DNA of 63,150 nt, filler included, from Choristocarpus tenellus KU-1152 (GCA_964200185.2; 12 parts of 12 records of this genome joined end to end with filler, not necessarily neighbours in it); one strand, 5' to 3'; numbered from the whole stretch's first letter, positions 27,721 to 41,810 are shown. Numbers and translations are program-made. Notes: a model not told the origin generated them from the letters alone.

Positions 27721-28352
27721 TACAATATTTTCTGTTACGCTATGGCTAATTTACCACTGTATTACCTCCACTTATTGTTCAATTATTTTCTTCTCTTACT
27801 GTTACGACATTTCTTGGATGGTAATTTCATTGTAGTGTTAAGAAGTATACAGTACTCTATGATTCGAAGTTGCAAACTAGTATAATGAAGAAATTTGTGC
27901 ATTTTGAAAGCCAACTGATAAGTGTTGTGCCAATTTCTCCACCAGGCATGAGTTAGTTATCATACATCATATAGATGTAAAGTGACAACCACTTTGATTC
28001 TTGACAGTCCTCGATCTTGATGCTGTCAGAAACCCGTAGATTGCCCAAGGACTCCATAACACTACATATGAACGGTCTTTCACCTTACTGTATGTGTTTA
28101 TTTGTTCTTGCTCTCTCCATGACAACATCTGCAAAATATCAGGGGCAATTTATAGTACTATTAATGCTATGTTCTACTTCAAAGTAGAACATTTGTTATG
28201 GTTGTAATGAAACTGCACACTGACAAAATCAAATTAACTGCAAGCATACAAACCCTTCTTACCAACAGAAGGCGCTTGATAATACGAAAACAAAGCATGA
28301 GTGTTAATACCTTCTTGAGTCTTCCAGTGTGTTAAGAGCTAATCCCTGTTGT

Positions 28353-28605
28353 GCCTGCAGCAGACAGAGTGCAAGAGGCAGACACACGCTAAGGATTTGG
28401 AATCTTATGTGTGCAACTTGAGGGAAAACTCACTGCAGAGGTTAAAGTGAGTTTTCAGACTGAAGTTGGGCTTGTCGGTCCTTAACAATCTGTTGCAGGT
28501 CTTCAACCAACTTGACCTCTGCGGTGAGTTTTCCCTCAAGTTGCACACGATAAGATTCCAAATCCTTAACATGTGTCTGCCTCTTGCACTCTGTCTGCTG
28601 CAGGC
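28353..28605. repeat. Local inverted duplication (arms 28353-28445 and 28512-28605, ~66-nt loop) of a coiled-coil-like coding remnant
   Basis: Manual alignment over ~93 bp shows 4 substitutions and 1 indel. Confidence 0.9.
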
Positions 28606-31600
28606 TTTCTACCTCAGCCCTCACCTGTTTGCGCTGACGTCTCTTGGAATTGAGTTGAGCTCTTAGGCCCAAAATGATATAATATCAATCCACTTCTGTG
28701 TTGACCTTTTTTTGCCCCTTCTTTTCAAGCTTTAGGCCAGCTGTCACCATCTTAGCACTGAGCTCCTGCAACTTCAGCGCTCTCGTCCCCTTCATTGTGC
28801 CACTCTGCTACAAATGCCTTGCGCCTGTGCTCAACGTTCTCCTATTCTTGGACCATGAACTCAAGCTCAGTCTGCATTCCGTTTACCTGTGCGAAGATGT
28901 TCTGTCCAATATTCTTTCCAATGTTTTGTCCATTGGGCCGCAGATTCGAGATTGGTCCAAGGTCTGACACGCCTCCTTGAAGATTCTAGCTGTCGTGAAA
29001 AAACGTACGGTTCATGATGCACAGTTTTGAGGTTGTACATTACTCTACGCGTATCACTTTGATGCTTCTCAAGAGTATCCTCGTAGAGCATGATGACTTC
29101 CTCCTAGTAACTCTTTAGGCTGCATATCTTGATCTTTCTCTCCGACCTTTGGAACTTCCTATTTGGACTGTCCTGAACACTATCTTGCTGTCTCTGCTGG
29201 GAAGCAGAGTTGATACTGACATAATCCTGGTTATGTAGCATTTAGAGACCTCACTTCGTTGGACACTAAACTGTATCAATTCAGTATTTTCTACACGAAG
29301 CACAACTCTTAGTGTAGTGGATGTCTACCACAATGTTGGGGGGATTGAAATTACTAGGTGGTCAGAAGGCTTGATTGATTGAAAAATTTTACATTTAACC
29401 GATGAAGCACAACATGCAAAATTTACCTGGATAACTGATTGATTTGTTTCAATTTAAGAAATCACCAACTAATATCGTACGGAGTATCATGAAAACGGGA
29501 AGCCTAAAGCTCCGTCTCAGCTTCTGAGTATTGCCATGTTCAATTGTATGGCCTTATCAAGAACTTATGCTCGGGGAAAGTTTGAAAGCACAGCCACTCG
29601 TTTGCATTCATACTGGACAGTACCTTCTTTGATACATAACAGTCCAGTAGAGGTACATAGTGTGTAAAATTCTAATGTTGTACTTGTTGCACGGAGAAGA
29701 ACTGATACTTTTTTGAGTGCGTCCTGTTTGTTGGTGGGCTTACGCCAGACAAACTTGCATATACAAGATGCATTATGAAGTGCTGCAATATCCTAATATT
29801 GGCAAGGGTCTTCTATTTTACACTATCAAACTGGAGAACTCTGCGCAGGAATATAAAAGGGTGTGTAAGCGCCAGGATCTGGACTATAGGCTACAATGGT
29901 AGTGCTTGCAGTCACACTCACATGTAACCCCCGGCTCAAATGAAATTTCGGAAGGATAAGATTGTTGTGCACAGTTATCCCTCAGTCCTAAAGACAACGA
30001 CTAATCTCATTATCCTCTTCCATTATCATTTTTGAGTCACAGGTGTTTCCTCAGCTGCCTTGGGCAAAACCTGTACAACCAGTGGCAATGAGGCAGGTCG
30101 AGGTCATGTGTCAGCAAGTAGATAATGCATACAGTATAGTCGAGCATATCCTCTCAAAGAAGTGTCAACGGTAGTTCTTTGGCGATAGGTTGAGTGAAGC
30201 GGGGAGATTGTGCAATACCTGGCCATCCATCTACTGCATTAGGCCCACCTCAATAGCCATATCGCCAAAGAGGTTTATGAGGTTGCCCTGCATCATGTCA
30301 TCCCCAGATGCTCCAGCTGTACGAGTGCAATTATTGATGGGTCTGCGATTATGGGGTTGATTACTTCGAATTGTTGGAGACAGGTGGATGGGTTGTGCTT
30401 GATTCGTTTTTGATTTGGACAACAGCACATCACTGTTGAGGACCCTATCATAACGGAAAAATCAACAAAACAGCCTCTGCCAGAGATTGGAGAAACAGAG
30501 AAACAATGTACCTTGTAGCGGATGTGCTAAAGTTTCAAGTTGACAGGGATACTGTTTGTTGAGTATTTACGTTCAAGGTAATTTTCTAACGTGACATAAA
30601 AAATTGACTATAGGAATTCAAGAATCTGGTGGAATGGGTTGACTTCTCTGAATGAAGTACTCAGGAGTACATAGTACCGCAGCATTGGTCCTTCAGCTAC
30701 GCACCCATAGAAATACACACGTATCTGTCACCAGGTGCTAAAAGTTTTGGGTTTGAACGCAAGATATTGAATGAGTTGGGCTTAGAAATCAGCAATTCCA
30801 TCAATATTTCAAACGAAGGTCACTTAATCCTGTAGAGGTGGAAGGGCACCCCCGTTTAATATTATCGTGAGACACAGAGGACACGTTCCCTTCAAATGAG
30901 AACGAAAGTATATACTTCGCAAGGAAGATCTTCAGAACGAGAGAAGAATTTGAATAGGTAATCGTCTCGCTTGTTCTCTACTCTAGGTAGCCGTCACACA
31001 GGCACACCTTCTCAACTTATTATTTTAGTTCCCTCTTTTTGTGATTGGTTTGTGTGGCATGGTGGGTGGCTCATGTGGTGCCGTGTCTTGTATGGGTGAT
31101 ATCTTACACTTGCATTTCACCACAACTATGGATCTAAGTTGTGAATGATGTTCTGTTTGTTGATTTTGTCAGAGTTTGAACACGCCTCCGAATATGTTTG
31201 CAGGTGATAGACAGTTAAATTTGAATAACAAAGCCACTACTACACATAGATGTGAAATGAGGTAACTGCTGGGTGCTATCGACAATGGCAAGTCGGGTTT
31301 CAAAACCGACAACTCTATGGGGAACTCTCACACTTGTGGAGCACCCTCCTGCTCCTGGAGGTGGGGTTTTTGAGGGAGAATTGGACAAGGCTGTGCCTCG
31401 AACTATCCACCTCAGCGGCAAGGTGAGGGATGTTGTTTTGGCGACAGATTCCTGAATTCTCCTCATAAGGCAGACTGAGAAGACTAGGACAGGCTTTAGT
31501 TCTTTTAATTTCCACAGCGATATTCAAGTCCTCCAGTTGGGTATTTTACTACTTGAGGAACAAGGGCCTAGGTTGTTTCAGGTTGGTGTTCATACTTGTG

Positions 31601-32811
31601 GCAATTTGGCGACACAATATCCTCCCAAGAATTTCCCTCTCTTGTTGATAGTTTCAAAATATTGTGAACGTTGCTAGTCGAGGTTCTCCATTCCTAAGAA
31701 ATTCGCCCTGGAGGACTTCCATTGCTCACATTCACCCCTGGTCGGCCTGAAATCAACGCACTCAACACTAGGAGTTCTTCATAGGGAGAGTTAAGAGGAC
31801 ACTGCAAGGAATGTCGCAGAAGTCGATCCCCCTCAAGTACATCAGCAGCAGTCATTGCAAAATATTCCTGAGAGATGCTGGGGAGAAAGGGGTCGAGGCC
31901 GCCGTCCTGGATACTTCCAGGCAAGCCAACATGATGTGGCAGAAGAGGCGAGGGTTAGATGATGTAGGTTATCTCATCTTTTCTAGGTCCTGTAAAGGTT
32001 GGCTTCCTGTTGAAGGGATAGCATGCAAGGGCTTGTGGTGCTGATTGAGCCTTGCTTTGAGATAGATGTTATGGCAATCGAGGTAAGCTGTTCAGATACT
32101 TTTTGTGGATGAATCTGACTTGGCGAATGGATGGTGAAGCATCACATGACACTCCCACCCTTCTCAACATGTCGCTATTGTAGACTCTTCTGAATCCTGC
32201 TGGATCATTACCATTTCATTTTGTGGTTAATCCCAGTATGCATAATAGAGCTAGCCATGAAATGAGGAGTGAGGTTTTGGAACGGGATTGTTGGAAGGCA
32301 GTGGAGTTAGCATCAGTGGGTCTTCAAGGACTCTTATTGATGCCAGGTCCTCCACCTTTAATGGGCAATCCCTGTGATACCAGTTGGAGTATGTTATGTC
32401 ATTGCTATTGGTTTTCTTTAGATGGCTGACTGAGATTAGTGGGTCAGTATTCTGCACAAGAGTCTACAGTAGTAGTGTGTATATGAGGACCAGTTCTGCA
32501 CACAACCAATATGACTTTCCACACAAACTGCAGCCATAGTGCACTGTTCTTAGAGGTTTACAACATCATCCACTTCCACTTCCACTTCTACCTATCTATC
32601 CAAACCACCACACATTGACCCTCTTGCAGATAAACACGCACACACACACACATACAACCCACACTTGAGACCATGGTGCTGCGTGTTCCTCTATATATTT
32701 TTTGGTATGGCATGGCCCCCTCCTCTTTCAACAAGTATGCCCTCAGTCCACTCCCCCTTCACTGAAGTATTGTTTATTGTTTTCCGCCCTCCAATAGCAC
32801 CCTCTATTCGT

Positions 32812-32876
<65 letters not shown>

Positions 32877-34054
32877 CACAAATATATCATCAGACATAAA
32901 CTGACTCCTCCCACTCTCCTGTTGGACTGGGACTCTCTGGCCCACCCCTGTACTGCCCATTTCAAATGTTGCTAAGAAGCGCCTTATATTTTTGAAATCC
33001 GTATCTGTTTGGTTCTGCGTTTCACAGTAATGGAACCAGCCTGAATGGCATCAAGATCGGCAAGGGCAAGACCCTTACCATTGAGGATGGTAACGAGCTT
33101 GCGCTCTACCTTGCTAAGGAGCCTCAGTCCCTTGGTCCTACTGTGGCCTACATATTTCAATCCTGTGCTGGTACCTATGACAAGGTACTCTCACTTCTAC
33201 TGCGTACACATGCTCGTACATATTATATGTAGTATGGGCATAATTTACTCACGAGCTACAGACCCATGTGCCCATTTCCTTTTTTATAGTTACAAAGGGG
33301 TGACCCCTACCACAGTTCGAAGGAGGTTTTTCGGCTAAATCACTCTACAAAAAAGGTACAAAATTTCTGCAACACACAGTACCTTTTTTCGTCACAAACT
33401 GCAATTATTATGCACCCTTCTTTTTTTTCTGCATTTCACAAAGACTGTTCTCAATGAGTGCGTGGGTACAATCGGTTGATAATCCCTAACCCTAATCAAC
33501 TGTGAGCCAGAACTTGCTCAAGCAGGAGAAATTTCTGTCTTCACAAGAGGAGCCGGTATGTGAGGTGATGGGTTACCGTTTCCTCTTGCGAAGTGGGCTT
33601 GTAGTCTGCCAATCACTGCCTTATCACGGCTTGGTGCAGAATGGTTGTATCTGTGAGGGAGTCCTGGAACCATGTTATCTTCTTCAAGTTCGTCTGTAGA
33701 CTATCCCAACCTGTGGTCAGAGGCACTGCTACACACTTAATTTTTTTTCATACTAATGAATCTATCGTAATATCTAACGGTTGCACTACGGTTGATTGTA
33801 CTGTATTACCTCCATTTGTGCCTTGCTTCTCACGAGTTGTGTTTAGTCATCCCACTGCTCGTTTCTCCTCTATCTGCGTCGAATCTTGTGCTAGACCCCC
33901 TTGGAATCCCGCAGCAATAGAGCGTTGCCACTTGGTTCTTGGTCCAGCGTTCTTGTTGTGGAAGGGAAACAGATAGGATAGTACTGGTGTACAATCCGTA
34001 GTGCTTGTCACATGGACTTTTTATCACTGAAGCCAGACTTCTGTGAAAAAAAGG

Positions 34055-34178
34055 TTGATGTAGGTGGGGTTTGAACCCACGAAATATTTGGAGGTATCAG
34101 TCACTTCCAAGCGCTCACCCATGAGAACTACCTTGGTGGAAAGGAATCAGATAGGCATGAGGTTTGAACTCATGAACT
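34055..34178 (-). repeat. Possible tRNA-derived (SINE-like) remnant with two T-arm/B-box hairpins
   Basis: GTGGGTTCAAACCCC and ATGAGTTCAAACCTCAT on the minus strand; no full cloverleaf. Confidence 0.3.
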
Positions 34179-34363
34179 TTATACAGGGAATGTCCTGTAT
34201 AACCAGCGAGGTAGGAAGACGCCAAGTCTCTGTTTGCAAGTGGACTGGTCAGGGTACAGATGGTCACATGTTGGGACCGTACCTGAGAATGCGGAGTTCT
34301 TTTGTTGGTGTAGGTTGTGTTGCTTTTGATACCATTGGAAGTAGGATTCCAGAAAAAATAAAT

Positions 34364-34411
<48 letters not shown>

Positions 34412-35370
34412 ATGTATTTGTCTTTTTACTCAACCCTTTGATCATCTCACTTCCTTTGTGTCCTTTTCTATGTCTAAAATAATCACAAATGTGACCGAGA
34501 TTAGGAGCATAATTCAAGTGAGTTTCTGACAGGGTTGAGCTTTGAGCGATACCATCTATGGGGGATTGTTAATTCTGATCCTTTTTGTGTAATATCGAAA
34601 GGCTTTTTTTTGGAACCAAATGTAATCAAATCCACGCCCACACCCAAAATGCAGGTTGACCCACCCTATTGGAAAAAGAGGTCGTTGCTGTAGAAGATTA
34701 GCTTTGATAACATCATTCTTGTCGAAAGTGCCCTCTACAGTGCTCAACACACATGTGCCACAACAAGGCAGTCATCAGGGACCCTAGAGGTCAAGGACAC
34801 CCCTCTCTCAGATGGCATTACTCTTTAGTTTTCCAAGAACCCCTAAGCTTTACTGCTTATTTTTTTTCCATACTTGAAGTAATATTAATATAAACCCCAG
34901 TCAGGTTTGCATGGTGTCGAGATGAGACGATTTATAAGATCCGATCTTGTAGGGGGGGGGGGGGGGGGGGGGGGAAAGCTTGTTTTGAGGGGTATTGGTG
35001 GGTGGGGTTTTTTTTTGGGTGGGTGGTGCGCATAGCGACAGCGNNNNNNNNNNGGGGGTGTTGATTTCTCGGGTCGTGTTGTGGTTGGGGGGGGGGTGGG
35101 GGGGGGGGGGGGGGGGGGGGGGAGAGGCATGTGTATATTGGTGATATAATGGAGCTGTGTTTTTTTCTGGATGGTGTCAATTGAGAGGAAGGCACATTGG
35201 AGAGCCCATTCAAGTGCTCTGATGAAACCTCCAGGGAAGTTACCTACCCCCCTTCTATGCAACTGTCTGTCTCCATGGGATCATCTACCACTGGAGACTG
35301 TTCACTGCAATACACAAAATAATATAATAAACACAAGATCGTATAGAATTAAAAATAAATATTTTAGGAT

Positions 35371-35403
<33 letters not shown>

Positions 35404-35749
35404 TGCAAATGCTCATACTCCCCCCTTCCCCCCTCCCTTCAAGATCAATGAGCAAGGGAACATAGTAGTAGTAGTTTAGAGTGGAAACACAACGCCAGTA
35501 GTGTAGAGTGGAAACAAACCATATTGTGTTATCTCACTACTGGGACATTGTGCAAGCTGCTATACACACTTCACATATACAAATGACTTCATTTCATTCA
35601 CCAACAGAAATTCCGTTAATAAAAATAACATTTACATACATTGTTTGTAATACTGTATTAAAGAATAATAAAAATAAATAATGATTGTACACCCCTCTCA
35701 TTCCGCCTCTCTACAAACACCCCCCCCCCCCTTTTTGTGTGTGTGTGTG

Positions 35750-35781
<32 letters not shown>

Positions 35782-36229
35782 AACACAACGCAACTCATGT
35801 CTATACATTGTATTTTTGGACCAAAACGCCTTCCTAATGCTACAACCCTAACTCTCCCACGGCCCCCGTTTTCTGAACTATTTTTTTTTCGGAATGACCA
35901 AAGGCCATCTCTGAGGTACCGATGCCCTTGCCACCCAAGGGGTCAACCAAAGGAGGAGGAGGAGGAGGAGGGGGCAAGGGAAAGCCTTCCAAGTTGGCAC
36001 TCCAACCACAACAGANNNNNNNNNNNNNNNNNNNNNNNNNNNNNNNNNNNNNNNNNNNNTTAATTAATTAANNNNNNNNNNNNNNNNNNNNNNNNNNNNN
36101 NNNNNNNNNNNNNNNCCCCCACCAAACACCACATCCACAAAAACCCGAGATATTACAAAACGAACCCAAAATACCCCCCCCCCCCCCCCCCCCCAGATAC
36201 TCTGACCCTTTCTAGGGTGCACAGAGTTG

Positions 36230-36760
36230 ACTCCACTATACCTCAACTTAAGCTGGGTCCCCCATTCTCTAGTACTTCTGGCTGTCCTTGAAGCTGAAAA
36301 CCACTTCTCATTCAAATGCACATAAACTCTTCGAAATGGCAAATGCTCTTCAAGCACCCAGGTCCCTTGGTGAAGTAGTGCATTGCTTGACTCAGCCTTT
36401 GAAACAGTATGCAACGGCTTTAAATTGATTGAGTATGCCCTAAAATCAAGCTTCTTCATGTTGTCATGTAGAGTGAACCATGATATATAATTGAGCCACC
36501 GGGGTGCGCTGCATCATGGGTTTTTAATGAGAATCCTTTCAAGGTTATCTCGTAGGCCATCAAGATTGATACCTTTGTGGGCAGAGTTCCCCTTCCACCA
36601 CATATCAATGTCGGAATCCGTAACACCAGCATCCTTTGGGTCTTGAGTCCTTCCAAAGCCACGAGATTGTTTGAGTATTGCTCTCAAACACGAAGGAGTC
36701 ATTCTTGCTACATTGAAGGGGTTCCTCAATTACTGCCCTTCTTTCAATCTGGTAAGATTA
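36230..36760 (-). mobile_element. Tc1/mariner (DD39D-type) transposase fragment, decayed
   Basis: YSINLKPLHT...VYVHLNEKWF matches the LKP.LT...VHLDEKWF motif (D changed to N). Confidence 0.65.
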
Positions 36761-37329
36761 TTTCTTTCAATGATCTCGGATATCTTTTGAGCAATGCTGC
36801 GTGCCCACTGTGTGACTGGGGGGCTCTGACTGAGGTATTGAAATTGAGGTATTGGTTTCACCCTTCTTTAGTGTCCTTAGCCTTCCCCAGGCCTCAAATA
36901 TCACTTGAATCTGAGTGTGATATATTTTTTACTGATCAATTGAAGTGTGGCCTTCACGATGATGAAAGCGATTTGAAAGACTTTGTTGAAGGGAGTGAGT
37001 TACATGATACAATGTTCAAATCATGATGATGTACCACAGGTAGTATTCAGTACCTTTTCCATAATATATCGAAGATAGATGTTGTCAACGAGAACGAGGA
37101 AAGAGAAAACAAACAATTTACTCGGACCCATGGTCAAAGGAAAGAAAAATGCAAGAACAGAAATATAGAATATTTTACGTCTGATTTCAAAAAGAGGGGG
37201 ATTAGACTTGAACTAATATTTGTGGAGTGATGAAAATTCTCTCCATAATCATAGTAAAGGACGAGTAAAGCGAATAAAACCATGATCATTGATATATCTT
37301 AACTATAAGAGTAGAAAAACAAAATTATT

Positions 37330-37560
37330 GAGTAAACCAATTGATAGGCAGATTTGGTCCCTTTTGCATTCTAATCCATCTTATTTCATTGTTTTATGTA
37401 CACAAAAGTGTACATAAAATTGATATTCCCCTTTTCTACACATTAAGTGACACCACAATTGAGTAAACTCTCTTTCTTCAATGGTACAAATTGACGTCAT
37501 ATCGCCCTTTCTCAAGATCCTTAAAATGCAGCCCTGCCTACCTCTCAATTGATTTGACTC
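37330..37560 (+). mobile_element. MITE family C (TIR GAGTCAAAYCAATTGAGAGGTAGGCAG)
   Basis: TIRs and 3-bp TSD ATT/ATT; relatives at ~44553-44816, ~44980-46119 and ~52610-52660. Confidence 0.78.
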
Positions 37561-38257
37561 ATTTGATAACAAAAGGGGGAAGAATATACTTAGCCTAAGT
37601 TTTTCCAAGTGATTTAAAGTCTCCTCATAGTCAAAGTTAAGCGTGAGTAGAATCAAGATGAACATCATTATATTAAGCCAGTGACAAGGAGGATACTGTG
37701 TAAACAAATGAATGAGAAGTCTCAGACCCATGATCAGAAGGTAGTGAGAGGAAAAGCAACATCGTAACACTTGAGAAAATAAAAACTACAGAAAAAAAAT
37801 GGACCCAAGCGGAAGAATAAAGGGAAAGTTTATGAAGTAATGTGAGTTTTGCGGGCGGAAGAATTTTGGTGGTAATGTGGTGCAGGGGAGGGAGACGTGA
37901 GGAAAGAAAAAAAAAGTAGGCAAGGGGTGAACGAAGAGTTTAGTACTTAGTGATTAGGAGGCAGAAGAGGCAGGAGAGAAGTTAAAGAAGTGGTTGGTAG
38001 GTGGGGGCACTAGTTAGGAAGGAAACAGAGGGCTGGTGGTAGAAGACGAGGAGGGTCTAGAACAAGACAACCTGCGAGCAAGCTTTCCCACCCACCCACC
38101 CTGTCGCCTGCTCACGACTGATTGGGATGCTGGTGAAAGGGAGAGGAGGTCAAGTTCAGGCGGGGTAGATGTCTTCTAGTTCAAAGGCACAGCATGAAGT
38201 GGATGATGAAGGGGTGCTCTTGGATGATTGTGCAGTGGTGTTGAGTGGAGTGGGGTT

Positions 38258-38515
38258 TACCCAAAGTATCTTAGAGGGTAGAGCTGCGTCCATTTGTGGG
38301 CCAAAATCCAATGTTGCAATTTTGATGTAATTTTGGCTATGGTGTTTGTTAGGAAGTGCCAATATCCATGTTCCGGTTACACCTTTTCATAACATATACA
38401 TTTTACTACTCTGAAACATTTCGGAGTAGGAAAATATCATAAAAAATCCCGCAGGATGCCAAGCCCCAAATGGACAAACAGGTCAAAACTCATACCCTCA
38501 AAGATACTTTCACTC
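38258..38515 (-). mobile_element. MITE family A
   Basis: TIRs and 3-bp TSD GTT/GTT. Confidence 0.83.
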
Positions 38516-38541
38516 GTTGAGTGGGGATGAAGGGTGGGGTG

Positions 38542-38815
38542 GTGACTGGAAATCAATGGCAAAGGGTTCGGACTGGTTGGTCATCAGATGTGGGGGGTGA
38601 CTGGAAATCGGCGGTGAAAGGGGTTTCACACTGGTTGGTCATCAGAGGTGGGTGGTGGCTGGAAATCAATGGTGAAAGGAGTTTACATTGGTTGGTCATC
38701 GCAAGGGGAGGGGTGACTGGAAATCAGTGGCGAAGGGGTCGCACTGGTTGGTCATCAAATGTGGGGGGTGACTGGAAATCAGTGGTGAAGGGAGTTCGCA
38801 CTAGTTGGTCACAAG
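38542..38815 (+). repeat. Minisatellite, five ~55-58-bp G-rich units (GTGACTGGAAATC...CTGGTTGGTCATC)
   Basis: Directly visible head-to-tail units. Confidence 0.85.
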
Positions 38816-39349
38816 TGGTGGTGCAATGGGGAGGAGGGGAATGGGTGGAATGCAAACATAAAATAAAATAATAATCCAGAATTCGTGAGCAAAACAAATT
38901 TCTACATTTCTAGGGAGGGCAGGCAAGACAACCTGGGAATAACATCACACGCTACCAAAGAGTGTGCTGCTTCAACAACAACAAGATGATGATGTAGAAT
39001 GTGCTCTATTAAGTTACAGCGAAGTGTGAGTCCTCTCCATAAGAGGGGGTGTTGTCCTACCCTCCATAATCATCCTAGCAACAATCTTAGAAGTTACCAA
39101 ACAATATATTTCCTAGACTATTAGTCGAACATCACAATATGCTATTTTTCCTTTCCATCACTAATCAATCATTCTAGCTACACTATATTGTTTCTACAAC
39201 ATTTGTTAGTTCATGTATAGTAATAACAGCATTGAGTGTGTACAGTACTACCACGCATGTCCCTATTTGAGAATCCTCTCCTACTGTGCCCTCACAATGT
39301 TCCATCACAGGCAACACTGATCCTAGGTTTACCCTAGCTTCACTTCAAA

Positions 39350-40590
39350 TCCTCATGCTGATCGTCCTGAAAAATCAAATCATCAGAAATTCATTTCAGC
39401 CCTTACATGATACATAAAACTATCGCAATTGAGAGGTTTCGTGAGGAAATCCGCATGTTGCTCCTCAAATCCCACATTCACAACTTTTATCATCTTGTCC
39501 CTAACCAACTGCCTAAAGAAATGGTGGTGTACATCTATATGCTTTGTCCTAACCCATTGATTGAGTTTCCCGACAGCTCCACCGCACCCTCATTGTTCTT
39601 GTACATCAAGGCGCAACTAGTAGTCCTCTCCAGGTTTATTAACTCCAATACCTGTCTCAAGAAGAGCACTTCCTTAGCCGTGGCACTTAAAGTCACATCT
39701 CAGCTTCTGTCGCGAGCAGAGCCACCACCTTCTGCATCCTAGAAACCACGAAAATGCTACACTTCCAATGGCACATAATCCCCCAGATACAAACCTCCGC
39801 TGGTCCAGATCAGATACATAGTCTGCATCAGCAAACGCCTCCAGTTGTTGATCCAGCTCCCGCTGTACATGACGCCCCTTGTGTGACTCACATACCTCAA
39901 AATCTGTTTAACAGCTTCTCAATGTCTCTGCCCTGGATTACTGCTAAATCTGGCCACAGTCATTACCAACTTGGCAATATCAGGCCTGGTGATGGTCACT
40001 AGCTAGATTAATGACCGCACTGCTTCACTGCATGGAGTAGATGGTTCCAGCTTCACACACGAATCCTTCTCAGACAGATTTTTGGTTGCAGATCCAGGCA
40101 TATCGTATTCTTTGGTGATCTTGAAGTGTTCCACCAGCCCTTCCACATATATTTGTTGACCATCTTCAGGGTCTTCATCTTCCGATCCCGTGAAATGCAG
40201 CATCCCATATATAGCTTTACATTCCCCAAATTCCTTGTTCAGTGCTTCCACCACCACCCTGCGCTTCTCCTGCAAGCGACTAGCCATCAACAGGTCATCC
40301 ACACATGTGGCTATCAGCACTTCCACCACCCTGTTTTCCACTCGACGAAGCAAATAGGGGTCAGCCTTACATTGCTCGAAACCTAGTCCCTTGAGAGTCC
40401 CAACTAATTTAAGATGCCAGCTGCACGATGCCTGTATCAAGCCATACAAAGATCTCTTGATCTTTCTACCATTCCTGGAGCTGCTGCCACATCCTCTGGC
40501 AGTTTGATGCAAATGTCCTTGTTGACATCTGCTTACACAAAAGTCTGTCCTACATCAGCATGTCGTAGCTCCATGTCCTCAAATACAGCG
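39350..40590 (-). mobile_element. Degenerate Ty1/Copia RT and RNase H
   Basis: KRSLYGLIQAS.SW...LGFEQCKADPYL...CVDDLL RT motifs, followed by an RNase H-like region with frameshifts. Confidence 0.9.
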
Positions 40591-40595
40591 ATTGG

Positions 40596-40643
40596 AGCCA
40601 AAGTATCTGAGAGGGTAGAGCCGCGTCCATTTGGGGGTCAAAA
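40596..40643 (-). mobile_element. MITE family A terminus at contig end
   Basis: GAGCCAAAGTATCTGAGAGGGTAGAGCCGCGTCCATTTG. Confidence 0.75.
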
Positions 40644-41459
40644 NNNNNNNNNNNNNNNNNNNNNNNNNNNNNNNNNNNNNNNNNNNNTTAATTAATTAAN
40701 NNNNNNNNNNNNNNNNNNNNNNNNNNNNNNNNNNNNNNNNNNNGTCGCCTTCCTCCATCACCTCCACAACCCCATCCCCTCCTCCTTCAATCTCTAGTAT
40801 TCTAGGTAGTGTATCATCCCCCTTAACTCTCGCACACATATACATCCTCTGCCCAACTCTCTTCTTCTAATGCTAATATGCACACCCACCCGTCTTGCGT
40901 ATCTACAGCACATGAGGAAGAGAGAAGTCAGCATGTCTTCACCCAAGTTTGTTGCACTCTCGGAAAAAGAACAAGATGGACTATTATACTCTGTCTGCGT
41001 TGCTCATTGCTTGTACATGAACACGGACATGAGGAGGGGGGTGGGGATAGGTATACGTGCCACGATACTGCCGTATGGTTCTTACATTAGGGACAGAAAT
41101 TGCGCCCCTGGCAAAGGCCCTGCGGAGTGTACTCTGGTGGGGAAGTGTGTGCCTCAACACCAGACAGTCAGGTTAAGACCTTCCTTGAAGTCATGAAGAA
41201 GGATCTGAACACGGAGCACAATGGCCAAGTGCACTCAACGTATGGGAAACCAACATCAAGCCTATGCCCTACGGATCCAATCTGGGATCACAAATGAGTC
41301 CAAGTAGTGTGGCACACCAACAAGGAAGTCAGCTATCCAGATCCGCGTTGCCAACAACATACTCAACAGGTGCGACATATAGCTTAGGTACAACAGTAAA
41401 GTGCCACAAATTCTTGTTTGTGTGAACAACCGACAACCCTCTACCAGCTAGACAAGTAA

Positions 41460-41738
41460 GAGTCAAAGCATTTTAGAGAGTAGGAGTTTTGCCATGTTTG
41501 TCCATTTGGGGCTTGGCTCCCACGTTTTTTTTATATTTTACGTACTCCGAAACGGTTTCGGAGTAGGTAAAATGTATACTTTTTAGAGTAGGTATGTGTA
41601 AAACTATGAAAAGGTGTGTCCAGAACAAGGATATTGACACTTCCTAACAAACAGAATAGCTAAAATTGCATCAAAATCGTAACATTGGATTTTGGACCCC
41701 AGACGGATGCGGCTCTATCCTCTAAGATGCTTTCACTC
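41460..41738 (+). mobile_element. MITE family A
   Basis: TIRs, flanks TAA/CAA, central hairpin TACTCCGAAACGGTTTCGGAGTA, small internal duplication. Confidence 0.83.
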
Positions 41739-41810
41739 CAAGGTTCTCGCAGTTTGGACGAGGTAGAGGTAACATTTTCAACTCATTTTGTGCGAATCCG
41801 TGATGTTTTA

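Noticed and set aside
34055-34140. Possible tRNA gene
   Set aside because: Only a T-arm/B-box is present; acceptor, D and anticodon stems cannot be folded.
38542-38815. Five regularly spaced repeats resembling a CRISPR array
   Set aside because: The intervening sequences are homologous to one another (a minisatellite), there are no cas genes, and the context is eukaryotic.
40870-41400. Cys/His-rich fragments suggesting a piggyBac C-terminal zinc domain
   Set aside because: Too degenerate, with no catalytic motifs or TTAA-bounded TIRs.
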